Source of the DNA: a virus
Taxonomy: Duplodnaviria > Caudoviricetes
Strand: one strand, 5' to 3'
IMG/VR virus record: IMGVR_UViG_3300043415_000095
Coordinates: 1 to 51,930 of that record
DNA: 51,930 nucleotides
Position numbers and translations under genes: made by a program. Under the pieces are notes generated by a model. It made no database searches. It was not told the DNA's origin and saw only the letters and a list, made by a program, of their open reading frames with translations. Below are positions 1 through 8,355 of the stretch, piece after piece. The stretch's first letter is position 1. Each line of letters opens with the position of its first letter.

Positions 1-133
1 ATCCGCAAAAAAAAAATATCAAAAAAATCTCGTTTTTTTGCGTTTGCACTATTGCGTTTTTTTTTGCATTTGCTAGAATTCTCACAAGGTTTTCGGAAAG
101 GGTCCGGAAACAAAAACGAGGATTAAAACAATG
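1..133. repeat. Terminal direct repeat / circular overlap with 51799-51930
   Basis: 1-133 matches 51799-51930 except A10 vs A9 after ATCCGC. Confidence 0.95.
52..79 (+). promoter_or_regulatory. Sigma70-like promoter of the AT-rich early island
   Basis: TTGCGT (52-57), 16 bp spacer, extended -10 TGcTAGAAT (71-79), A/T tracts upstream; GAGG RBS before ATG 131. Confidence 0.6.
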
Positions 134-562
134 AGCTCTTATGTAATTAACGATGACACAATGTCGCGGGTATTAATGGCTTTTACCGCATGTTCACACT
201 ATGGCGACAAGATCGCGAGTTACTCGGCAAACCTTAAAGGCGCGGGAGAGGACTATCAGGTTGCCTACCTTTTGGCTATAGGAAATGCGCTTTACAGGGC
301 AAATAATAGGGCAGTAAATCAACGCTATTCGCTGAAAAACAAGGCTCCAAAATATAAGGGCAAAATTCCGATTGTGCACAATGGCGCAACAAAAAGGGAA
401 TTGTGCGACATATTAAAAGCGCTTGAATGCCTTTTGTATCAAATGTCAGAGGGCAATGTGTTTGGTTCGCGTATTTTTAATGAGCTTGAAAAAATAACCG
501 GAAACATAGGACGGGAAATTGCCAGAAGGTGCCCGGAATATGACGCGGCGCAGTGGGGATAA
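131..562 (+). CDS. Hypothetical phage early protein
   Basis: 143-aa ORF with RBS, first gene of the AT-rich operon. Confidence 0.8.
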   Translation: MSSYVINDDTMSRVLMAFTACSHYGDKIASYSANLKGAGEDYQVAYLLAIGNALYRANNRAVNQRYSLKNKAPKYKGKIPIVHNGATKRELCDILKALECLLYQMSEGNVFGSRIFNELEKITGNIGREIARRCPEYDAAQWG

Positions 563-564
563 AT

Positions 565-639
565 ATGGAAATTCTAAATTTATTTGCAATTAGCGCATGG
601 GCCTTGATTTTACTTTATAGCATTTTGGGAGGGTTTTAA
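565..639 (+). CDS. Small hydrophobic peptide (24 aa)
   Basis: MEILNLFAISAWALILLYSILGGF fills the gap between two genes almost exactly. Confidence 0.5.
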   Translation: MEILNLFAISAWALILLYSILGGF

Positions 640-640
640 A

Positions 641-1057
641 ATGGCTTACACAATGTACGCGGATGCCGGTCACGCTTGGCTTAAAGTCAAAAAATCAGAG
701 CTTTTTAACCTTGGAATAGCAGAAAAAATAACCCGGTATTCTTATCAGTATGGCGAATTCGCCTACCTTGAAGAGGATTGTGATTTATCCACGTTTGTAG
801 ATGCTATAGGCCGTGAAAAATGGCAAACAATAAAGGATAAAATTCCACTCAAAATGTCTGAATTTTCTAGGATTCGATCATATGCCACATATACCGCCAC
901 ACAATACCGGAAACCAAAACCCGGCGATTATATAAAGCTTGCGGGTAACTCGAATATTTTTATGATAATCGACGATAAAACTTGTAGGGATAAAGTCGGC
1001 AACTATTACAGACTGCCAAAAAATAGAATCACTGGTGAATTTTTCGCGGGTTTTTAA
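641..1057 (+). CDS. Conserved phage early protein (DxGHxWL...YLEEDCD type)
   Basis: DAGHAWLKV and AYLEEDCD motifs recur in phage early regions; GGAGG RBS. Confidence 0.8.
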   Translation: MAYTMYADAGHAWLKVKKSELFNLGIAEKITRYSYQYGEFAYLEEDCDLSTFVDAIGREKWQTIKDKIPLKMSEFSRIRSYATYTATQYRKPKPGDYIKLAGNSNIFMIIDDKTCRDKVGNYYRLPKNRITGEFFAGF

Positions 1058-1058
1058 T

Positions 1059-1730
1059 ATGAAACTTTTAAGTACGGCAAACACAAAAACTTTAAAGGGT
1101 GAAAAATTCGGGTATATCACTTATATCCTTCACCTTGCCCCATACAATTTGAGCGGCTTTCAAACTTGCCCAATGGCAAAAACGTGCCAAACAGCTTGCC
1201 TAAATACCTCCGGACGCGGTAAGTTTGACAACGTGCAATCGGCAAGGATACGCAAAACTCGTTATTTTTTCGAAAACCGGGCAGCTTTTATGGCTGATTT
1301 ATTCGCCGATATCATAGCAGCTAAAAGATACGCGGCAAAGCGCGGACTGATTCCCGTTTTCAGGTTAAACGGTACTTCAGACATTCCCTTTGAAAAAATC
1401 AGATTTTTAGATTATCGTAATATTTTTGAAGCTTTTCCGGATGTGACTTTTTACGATTATACAAAAATCCCAAACAGGAAAACCCCAGAAAATTATAGTT
1501 TAACATTTTCGCACGATGGCCAGAACTGGCAAGCATGTGAGCATGCTTTAAACAATGGGCAAAATGTGGCTGTAGTTTTTGACAATTTACCGGAAACCTT
1601 TAAAGGCTTTCGAGTCGAAAACGGCGATTTATCAGACTTGAGATTTATGGACAATAAAAACGTGATAATCGGATTAAAGGCAAAGGGAAAAGCAAAAAAA
1701 GATTTTTCCGGTTTCGTGGTACGCGCATGA
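1059..1730 (+). CDS. GP88-family protein (Cys-rich)
   Basis: LLSTANTKTLKG start, TCPxAxxCxxACL cysteine triad, RLNGTSD and FYDYTK motifs. Confidence 0.75.
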   Translation: MKLLSTANTKTLKGEKFGYITYILHLAPYNLSGFQTCPMAKTCQTACLNTSGRGKFDNVQSARIRKTRYFFENRAAFMADLFADIIAAKRYAAKRGLIPVFRLNGTSDIPFEKIRFLDYRNIFEAFPDVTFYDYTKIPNRKTPENYSLTFSHDGQNWQACEHALNNGQNVAVVFDNLPETFKGFRVENGDLSDLRFMDNKNVIIGLKAKGKAKKDFSGFVVRA

Positions 1731-1840
1731 ACAAAACGGCCACATTCTTTTGGGATTTATTTTTATTTTTAATTCACGTGCTTGGATTGGCTGTAATTGT
1801 AGTTTTTGCGATATGCGCGTTAAGCTTGCCTAAAAGGTAA
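1727..1840 (+). CDS. Small membrane protein (37 aa)
   Basis: ATGA overlap with upstream stop; MNKTATFFWDLFLFLIHVLGLAVIVVFAICALSLPKR has one TM helix. Confidence 0.6.
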   Translation: MNKTATFFWDLFLFLIHVLGLAVIVVFAICALSLPKR

Positions 1841-1855
1841 AGCATATCTGCGACG

Positions 1856-1885
1856 AAAAAGCCGGCTATTTAGCCGGCTTTTTTT
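1856..1885. terminator. Bidirectional rho-independent terminator
   Basis: AAAAA-GCCGGCTA-TT-TAGCCGGC-TTTTTTT. Confidence 0.85.
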
Positions 1886-2391
1886 GCCCTGGTCGATTGC
1901 CCTGGTCGACTGCCCTGATCGATTGCCCTGGTCGACTGCCCTGATCGACTGCCCTGATCGACTGCCCTGATCGATTGCCCTGGTCGATTGCCCTGGTCGA
2001 TTGCCCTGGTCGATTGCCCTGGTCGATTGCCCTGATCGATTGCCCTGGTCGACTGCCCTGGTCGATTGCCCTGGTCGATTGCCCTGATCGATTGCCCTGA
2101 TCGATTGCCCTGGTCGATTGCCCTGATCGATTGCCCTGATCGATTGCCCTGATCGATTGCCCTGGTCGATTGCCCTGGTCGATTGCCCTGATCGATTGCC
2201 CTGATCGACTGCCTTGGTCGATTGCCCTGGTCGATTGCCCTGGTCGATTGCCCTGGTCGATTGCCCTGATCGATTGCCCTGATCGACTGCCCTGATCGAC
2301 TGCCTTGGTCGATTGCCCTGGTCGATTGCCCTGATCGATTGCCCTGATCGATTGCCCTGATCGATTGCCCTGGTCGACTGCCTTGGTCGAT
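1885..2391. repeat. Tandem repeat, 39 x 13 bp TGCCYTGRTCGAY
   Basis: 507 bp of head-to-tail 13-mers varying at only three positions. Confidence 0.97.
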
Positions 2392-2512
2392 TGCCTTATA
2401 AAACAGTCACTTAGGATATTTCGAGAATCGTCGAAATGTTGCGAAAAACCAACAAACATCAGCCATTTTTCCGTTATTTTTCATGTATTTACGCTATTTG
2501 TACGACCGAATG

Positions 2513-2589
2513 CCAACCTACCTCCAACCTACCTCCAACCTACCTCCAACCTACCTCCAACCTACCTCCAACCTACTTGCAACCTACTT
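2513..2589. repeat. Tandem repeat, 7 x 11 bp CCAACCTACCT
   Basis: 5 perfect and 2 variant units. Confidence 0.95.
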
Positions 2590-2625
2590 TAAATGCAAAT
2601 ACAATAATTATTTTGGAGAACGAGA

Positions 2626-2811
2626 ATGAGAGGACGCCCGCCGATTCCGGAAGAAAAACGCAAGAAGACTGTCACCTTGCGGTTAACGCCGGAACTTTAC
2701 GAGTTGATGAGAGCAAACGGCGGACCTGTCGCGGTTGTCGAACAGGCCGTGCCGTTTTGGTTAGAGCATTCAGTTCGCCTTGCCGAGGCCGATAAATCTT
2801 CCACACCATGA
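2626..2811 (+). CDS. Small ribbon-helix-helix/CopG-like DNA-binding protein
   Basis: GRPPIPEEKRKKTVTLRLTPEL pattern; GGAGA RBS. Confidence 0.55.
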   Translation: MRGRPPIPEEKRKKTVTLRLTPELYELMRANGGPVAVVEQAVPFWLEHSVRLAEADKSSTP

Positions 2812-2997
2812 CACATCCGTGGTGATTGGCCAGATGGAGTGGAACATGACGTTCTCCGAGTCCATCGGGTCGATGCCCGGTTCATCAGCGTCGTCGCGGC
2901 AGGTCAGATGAACAACAGTGGGCGGATTCATTCGGCACTCGCCGAGATGCTCCAGCCCATCCTCTCTGACCCAGTATCTGCATTCGCTACATTTCAT
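2770..2997 (-). CDS. Small Cys-rich protein
   Basis: CSEC...GECRMNPP...WCGRF; GAGGA RBS. Confidence 0.7.
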   Translation of the reverse strand: MKCSECRYWVREDGLEHLGECRMNPPTVVHLTCRDDADEPGIDPMDSENVMFHSIWPITTDVSWCGRFIGLGKAN

Positions 2998-3007
2998 GGT
3001 TTCCTCC

Positions 3008-3211
3008 TCAGTTGAGTGATTCTAAGCTCGGCCTGAACTCGCCGCACCAATCGTCCGCATGGTGCAGCGGGTAGGCCGCACCTCCGCCTTGGGTTGGTCG
3101 GCGCGGATAGCGATGGCAAACGCCGACGCCCTCATCGCCTTCCATCCAGGTGAAAAAATGGCAAGCGGCACAAATCTCGCCGCCCAGGTTGTCGATGTCA
3201 GAATCCGGCAT
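3008..3211 (-). CDS. Small Cys-rich protein, paralog of 2770-2997
   Basis: CAAC...GVCHRYP...WCGEF. Confidence 0.7.
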   Translation of the reverse strand: MPDSDIDNLGGEICAACHFFTWMEGDEGVGVCHRYPRRPTQGGGAAYPLHHADDWCGEFRPSLESLN

Positions 3212-3449
3212 ACCCGTCCTCGATCTCTCTGAGCTTCTTGGCGTAATGCCGTGCCTTTTCCGCATCGTCAGTGGCTCCCGGCTTCCTGCCGGCCCGCATG
3301 GAGTATTTCAGGTAGTTCCCTTTGAGGAATCCCATGAACTCCTCGCGGGTCATCACGACACGCATGACTTCCCACGGCTCGATGGGCATGTCCTTGTAGT
3401 GCGATCCGCCGACCTGCATGTCATCGGCGCTGGTGTGTTCAATACTCAT
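3198..3449 (-). CDS. DUF3310 family protein
   Basis: QVGGSHY...GFLKGNYLKYSMRAGRK...DAEKARHY. Confidence 0.85.
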   Translation of the reverse strand: MSIEHTSADDMQVGGSHYKDMPIEPWEVMRVVMTREEFMGFLKGNYLKYSMRAGRKPGATDDAEKARHYAKKLREIEDGYAGF

Positions 3450-3789
3450 AACCCACTCCCATGGTCTTGTCGGCTCTGAGAGCCGCGTGAGCGTCCGTAT
3501 ACCCTTCAGGGTACCTCCGCTTCAGCTTGGCGACGTTGTCCATGGCTGCGAGGCTCAGAGAGTCTCCACAGGCGTCCATGAGCATGGCGGCGTAGTAGAG
3601 CAGGTCCCCGCACTCCTCGCGGAGGTTGTCGCGATCCAGCGACTGGCCGTAACGCTTGTACTTCTTGACCGCGTCGGCAATCTCACCCACCTCGCTGGAA
3701 AGCCCTTCGAGCGCATGGGACAGCAACTCGGCTTTCGGCTCCGGCTTCTGAGTCCGCCGGCAGGCAATCTGGAATTCCATAAAGTTCAT
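3439..3789 (-). CDS. MazG-like nucleotide pyrophosphohydrolase
   Basis: GLSSEVGEIADAVKK...EECGDLLYY...NVAKLKRRYP. Confidence 0.85.
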   Translation of the reverse strand: MNFMEFQIACRRTQKPEPKAELLSHALEGLSSEVGEIADAVKKYKRYGQSLDRDNLREECGDLLYYAAMLMDACGDSLSLAAMDNVAKLKRRYPEGYTDAHAALRADKTMGVGYEY

Positions 3790-3848
3790 AGTTTTCTCCG
3801 TTGACACATCTTTCTCCTGTGATGACACATCCACCCACACCGATAGGG

Positions 3849-4133
3849 CTGCCCAACCCATTGCCCAACACGGTTGGGCAGCTACAGGCCGTGCCAGCCG
3901 TGGGTTTGAGCGTTTTTTACCCAACCTGCCCATCTAAAATCCCTTATTAAATATATGGGGGAACGATATATACCCCTCCCCCTTCCCCTATATCTCTCTC
4001 TCCCTTTACTCCCTTACTACTAAAAGGTTGGGTAGGTTGGGCAATTAGGAGGAAAGCCTTACCAGCCGTGGGTTTCCGCTGCCCAACCTACCCCCAAAAA
4101 GGTTGGGCAAGGATGGGCAATAGGTTGGGCAAT
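3849..4133. promoter_or_regulatory. Putative replication origin (iteron cluster)
   Basis: About ten (T)GCCCAACC-like copies in both orientations, two CAGCCGTGGGTTT direct repeats, AT-rich and polypyrimidine core, directly downstream of the primase/helicase gene. Confidence 0.6.
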
Positions 4134-4137
4134 CCGG

Positions 4138-6399
4138 CTATTCCGCTTTTTTGTACCCCCGCTGCCGCGCCCCATTGATCATCGGTCTCGCGCTTACGAA
4201 GCCCAACTGCTTCATCGCCCGACTGATTCGCATTTCATCGTTGCGACTTTTTCGTCCCCGTTCGATCCGCAGGGCTTCCGAAATGATCAAGTTGGTCGGG
4301 ACAAACTCCCAGTCGATGGGCCGGGTTTTCTCCTCGGAATACTCATCTACCGTGTTCATCCAAATAAGGATGTCGTCCATCCACGGCTCCTCGACCATGT
4401 GATCGCCGGTCACCGTCAGGCCGATACTGTGAGCCCGCTCCCAACGCACTCCGCCGTCCAGCCACATCACCATGGCCTCGGCCCACAGTTGATTGCGATC
4501 TCGCTCAATGGCGGCGTCGTCGCCAGAGCTGACTTGGATGGGGAGGAATCGCCGGTTGCCGGTATCCGATTGCAGGAATCGGGTTTCGTTGGTTGTGCCG
4601 ATCAACACGAAGCGCCTGGGGAACTGCGTATTGAATTCCTTGAACTTTGGTGTCCAATCTTCGTGCCGTTTGGTGATCCAAGCCTTGGCGCTTTCCACTT
4701 CCTTCTTGGCCATGCCCGACAATTCGGCAAGTTCCACCAACAGCTTCCCGCGCATCTTGCGGCTGAGATCGACTTCCTTTTCATGGAATGACATGAGGGT
4801 GACGAAATCCCGACTGGGTGCCATGGTCGCGACGATGGTGGATTTCTTCTTTCCCTCATCCGAAATCCATACCGGCATCATGTCCGCCTGACAGCCCGGT
4901 TCCATGACACGACCGACCATAGCGGTCCATAGGTATTCCGAGACGGCCTCGGCCCACTCGTTGTCTTCACATCCGAGGTAACGGGCGTGGAACTTCAATA
5001 CCCGTGGCACTCCGTCCCACGCCGGCACCTCTTGGGTCAACCAGAGCTTGGCGGTATCGAATTTGTTGCGATGGGCGACATCGTCCACGGCAGATCGCAC
5101 CAGATCGATAGTCGTGCGTTCAAAGCCCGCCCGATCCAGCGCCCGTCTGATCCAGTTGTATTGCTGATCGCGAAACGTCTGCCATTGGGCTTTCTCGTCC
5201 TTAGCGGAATGGAACATGATCTCGTCGCGGAACTCGTCATAGCCGATGACCATACCGACCACCGCTGTACAACCTACCGCTAGGGTCGTGTTCTCCGCGT
5301 TACAGATAATCCCGCCGTCCTCGGTGGTCCTGAAGATAGGTAAGCCCTTCCGACCACCACCACCCGCCACGCCCCGCTTACGGGCGTCTCGGACAGCTTT
5401 ATCCAGTGCCGTTGCTCTGATGCCCAGCGCGTCGGCCTCTGCTTTCCGGCACTGTTCGTAATCTAGGTCACCCAACAGGGCCAATCGCTTAACGGCGATC
5501 TCGGCGTCGGACGATAGGTCGAGGAAGTCATCTTCATCAGCCAGTGCGCTGGACGAGTCCTTCGAGGCAAGAACGTGGTGCTGCCATAGGTAGAGCAGCG
5601 CCCGATCTTCATCCTGGCGGCGATGATCCAGCGCCACGGCCATAGCGTGTTCGTTATGCGCCAGGATCGAGAACACCTCCTGAAGCGATAGGCCCGCTGA
5701 AATAAGACAGGAGCCCGCCCAGTGCAAAGCATCACTGCGGTCATCGCCAAGGCCATCAGCCAAGAACTCCTGCGCGGCGGGGTTGATTCCCTCGGGAATC
5801 TCGACACCCTCCAATATGTCGGGCATGGGCTCATCGAGCCCCGCTTTACCGGCCCCCTTGCCCAGGTCGTATTTGGCAAACAAGCCTTCAAGGAATCCCA
5901 CGGGTGCTTGGGCCACCTCATCAGGCGATCCCGGCCACTGATCCCCCGTGATGGTCAGGAAACGTCCCGCCCACCCGTTATAGATTTCAATGCCGATGTC
6001 GTGATTCTGAACATCAGTGGCGATGCTTCCCCATAAGAGAATTCGCAAGCCCGCGCCCGAGGGTGAGACCTCGGCATAGCTATGGGCGCTCTTGAGGATT
6101 GCCGCTGCCCACGGCGCAGGACGACCGACAGCATCCAGACACTGGTCGAGATCGATACCGATCAGGTCGTGGAATCCTGTCATCAACAGGCCCACGCCCA
6201 TGTGGCTGGCATCCATCTTGCTTATGGCGGTGTAGAAGTCTATCCACCGCTCCGGTTCCTTCACTGACACCGAGGGAGCCTTGGCCCACTTGCCACTCTT
6301 TTGCCGATAGCGATACCACGGAGCCCATCTGGGCAGGGCTTTTAGGCTTTCGGGAATGTTGGCGGGGATGAATTGAGGTTTTGGGTCTGGAAGCCTCAT
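4138..6399 (-). CDS. Primase-polymerase fused to VirE/VapE-type helicase
   Basis: N-terminal IGIDLD, EVSPSG, RFLTITG; C-terminal EGKKKST, ELAEL, FVLIGTTN, DTGNRRF; ATGA coupling to upstream gene. Confidence 0.85.
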   Translation of the reverse strand: MRLPDPKPQFIPANIPESLKALPRWAPWYRYRQKSGKWAKAPSVSVKEPERWIDFYTAISKMDASHMGVGLLMTGFHDLIGIDLDQCLDAVGRPAPWAAAILKSAHSYAEVSPSGAGLRILLWGSIATDVQNHDIGIEIYNGWAGRFLTITGDQWPGSPDEVAQAPVGFLEGLFAKYDLGKGAGKAGLDEPMPDILEGVEIPEGINPAAQEFLADGLGDDRSDALHWAGSCLISAGLSLQEVFSILAHNEHAMAVALDHRRQDEDRALLYLWQHHVLASKDSSSALADEDDFLDLSSDAEIAVKRLALLGDLDYEQCRKAEADALGIRATALDKAVRDARKRGVAGGGGRKGLPIFRTTEDGGIICNAENTTLAVGCTAVVGMVIGYDEFRDEIMFHSAKDEKAQWQTFRDQQYNWIRRALDRAGFERTTIDLVRSAVDDVAHRNKFDTAKLWLTQEVPAWDGVPRVLKFHARYLGCEDNEWAEAVSEYLWTAMVGRVMEPGCQADMMPVWISDEGKKKSTIVATMAPSRDFVTLMSFHEKEVDLSRKMRGKLLVELAELSGMAKKEVESAKAWITKRHEDWTPKFKEFNTQFPRRFVLIGTTNETRFLQSDTGNRRFLPIQVSSGDDAAIERDRNQLWAEAMVMWLDGGVRWERAHSIGLTVTGDHMVEEPWMDDILIWMNTVDEYSEEKTRPIDWEFVPTNLIISEALRIERGRKSRNDEMRISRAMKQLGFVSARPMINGARQRGYKKAE

Positions 6400-6704
6400 T
6401 CCGGCCCCCATGAACGAAACGTGGACTGCCCGCCGATAGCCGTTAAAACCCTACCTTTGTCACGGTAGAAAGCGAAAGTAAATTCGTGGTACTTACCGCA
6501 TTCAAAGGTCAGCACCAGAGGATCAGCACGATCCTTCAACATCCATTCCGGTACACCTGTGAAATCTTCGTCGCGATCCACCCAGCCGTTGGCCTGGACC
6601 GTGTAGTGTGAGTTGGCGTAAAGCTCAATGTTGACCAGATCAACCTGGGCTTCGCCGCATATCGGGCAGCAAAGACTGCCGTCCGGGGCTAGATTCAATT
6701 TCAT
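6396..6704 (-). CDS. Hypothetical protein (CPxC ... CxxxH zinc motif)
   Basis: 102-aa ORF coupled to primase. Confidence 0.65.
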   Translation of the reverse strand: MKLNLAPDGSLCCPICGEAQVDLVNIELYANSHYTVQANGWVDRDEDFTGVPEWMLKDRADPLVLTFECGKYHEFTFAFYRDKGRVLTAIGGQSTFRSWGPE

Positions 6705-6721
6705 CTTTCATCCTCATCACC

Positions 6722-6747
6722 AAAAAAAGCCCCACCGAGGTGGGGCG
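6722..6747 (-). terminator. Rho-independent terminator after cro
   Basis: GCCCCAC/GTGGGGC stem followed by a U tract on the minus strand. Confidence 0.7.
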
Positions 6748-6768
6748 AACCATGTCACTAACGAGCAA

Positions 6769-6981
6769 TCAACCGTGAAGCGACTCCCAATCAACCGTGC
6801 GATCAAGGTCGCTGGCCAGCACCCTCCCCCCGGAAAGGTGTTGAATCTGCGCGGCGCGACGAGGCGACACAGGTCGCCGCTCCGCCAGCCACTGGTAAAT
6901 CATGGAGGGCGTCACACCCAGTGCATCGGCCAGCACTTTGATGCCGCCGAACTCCACGATGAAGTCTTTGAGCTTGTCCAT
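6769..6981 (-). CDS. cro: Cro/YdaS-like HTH regulator
   Basis: LADALGVTPSMIYQW HTH, 70 aa, divergent from the cI-like gene. Confidence 0.8.
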   Translation of the reverse strand: MDKLKDFIVEFGGIKVLADALGVTPSMIYQWLAERRPVSPRRAAQIQHLSGGRVLASDLDRTVDWESLHG

Positions 6982-6989
6982 TGAGCAAA

Positions 6990-7111
6990 ATTATAGCGAT
7001 GCTTGTTTTTTAAGCGCAAGACAATTTTTTAGCTTTTGCTTCAACATGTTCGGTCTTTCTGGCCAAAAAATACGTAGAAGTACGTATTGTTTTTTGCAGC
7101 ATTGCTACAAT
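6990..7111. promoter_or_regulatory. Divergent cro/cI promoters with operator-like palindromes
   Basis: Minus strand TTGCGC-N18-TATAAT; plus strand TGcTACAAT; TAGCGATGCT (6994) and AGCATTGCTA (7098), with similar sites at 7784 and 7820. Confidence 0.6.
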
Positions 7112-7140
7112 AATGGACCCGTACCTGATGAAAACCGGAG

Positions 7141-7743
7141 ATGATGATGAAGTTTCTAAAAGACAAAAAAGTGAGGGTTCGCCGCTCTTCGTTTGATGAG
7201 TTGCCGCCCGACCCGCCGGCCCCAAAGAAGGAGAAGCCGACGCTTAAACCGTGGCAGATTGCGGACGCCAAGCGTCTTGAAGCCTTGTGGTTGGCCAAGG
7301 GGAAGCCTTACTACTCCAGCCAGGACATCTTTGGCCGGAAGTTTGAGATTGGGTCAGCCCAGATGGTCTGGCAGTACGTGAAGGGGGTTCGTCCGCTGAA
7401 CGTGGCGGTGGCGGTTAAGTTCGCCAAAGGGTTGAACTGCCCGGTAGGCGATTTCAGCCCCACCCTTGCCGAAGAGCTACACCGACTAGCCGCGACAGTG
7501 GTCAAGAAGAAGGTTGAGCAGGCAGAGTTCGATCAGATTGACGACATCAAAGCCAAGATGACCCCGCTCCAACGCTCTAGCTGGATAGATTTTGGCCTCT
7601 TTCTACTGAAGCAGAGCGACAACGAAATCGAGAACCTGGAAGTCACCCACACTCCTGCGTATTCCGATAAATCTTACGTCTGGACCGCCCAGATCGATCC
7701 TGCCGCGACCAGCTTTACGCCGCCGAAGTCTTCCGACGAATAG
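7141..7743 (+). CDS. CI-like repressor (HTH, no evident peptidase domain)
   Basis: LKPWQIADAKRL...SQ...VWQYVKGVRPLN...FSPTLAEE is a typical lambdoid CI N-domain. Confidence 0.8.
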   Translation: MMMKFLKDKKVRVRRSSFDELPPDPPAPKKEKPTLKPWQIADAKRLEALWLAKGKPYYSSQDIFGRKFEIGSAQMVWQYVKGVRPLNVAVAVKFAKGLNCPVGDFSPTLAEELHRLAATVVKKKVEQAEFDQIDDIKAKMTPLQRSSWIDFGLFLLKQSDNEIENLEVTHTPAYSDKSYVWTAQIDPAATSFTPPKSSDE

Positions 7744-7783
7744 GGCGCAAACCCGCGCCCTCTATGGGTTTTTAAATTTTCTT

Positions 7784-7833
7784 AAGCAATGATTTATTTT
7801 TCGCTTGCGTAACTTTTAAAGCACTGCTACGAT
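7784..7833 (+). promoter_or_regulatory. Early replication-operon promoter with operator
   Basis: TTGCGT-N17-TACGAT with extended TG, overlapped by AGCACTGCTA. Confidence 0.6.
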
Positions 7834-8001
7834 TTTTCACAGATCGCGGACAAGCCGTGATTGAAAATTAAAAGCAGGACTTTAAAAATGATCAGACTCG
7901 CTCTCGTCCTGGCCGCTGCGGCCACCTCTCTGCATCTCGACTACGTAGATGCACTTCTCATGTCTACCCACTAACACATCCGATCTGGCGGAGGATTAAC
8001 C

Positions 8002-8355
8002 GTGTCTCTCGAAAACATTCTTAACAGCATCAACGATCTTGCGTTGGCCATAAACAACCACGCTGATGCGCTGCGGATTACAAAACTTCCTGTCGTTGCC
8101 GTTGAGGAAGTCAAGGCCACAAAGGCTACTAAATTGGAAGCCCCGGCTGATTTAGTAAAAGAAACGATCACGCTGAAGCAGATTCAGAAGGCGCTGACCG
8201 ACATAGCAACGATGAGAGGAAAGCCTGCCGCCATCAAAGAGCTTGAAAAGTTTGGTGTGAATCACACCAAGGAATTAAAGCCAGAGGACTATCCGCGTAT
8301 TTGGCCTGAAATCCAGTTGACCCCCGAAGAGCGGGCGGAACTGGAGGCTACCTAA
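8002..8355 (+). CDS. Hypothetical protein typical upstream of DUF2800
   Basis: GTG start with GGAGG; C-terminal LEKFGV...ELKPEDY. Confidence 0.75.
   Translation: MSLENILNSINDLALAINNHADALRITKLPVVAVEEVKATKATKLEAPADLVKETITLKQIQKALTDIATMRGKPAAIKELEKFGVNHTKELKPEDYPRIWPEIQLTPEERAELEAT

Noticed and set aside
1-133. Physical direct terminal repeat
   Set aside because: A lambda-type terminase and a cos-like site argue for an assembly overlap; not excluded without reads
1885-2391. CRISPR array
   Set aside because: Units are 13 bp, head-to-tail, with no spacers; no cas operon
1866-2459. 197-aa repetitive ORF, and similar ORFs over the other arrays
   Set aside because: Stop-free frames produced by tandem repeats; no credible start context
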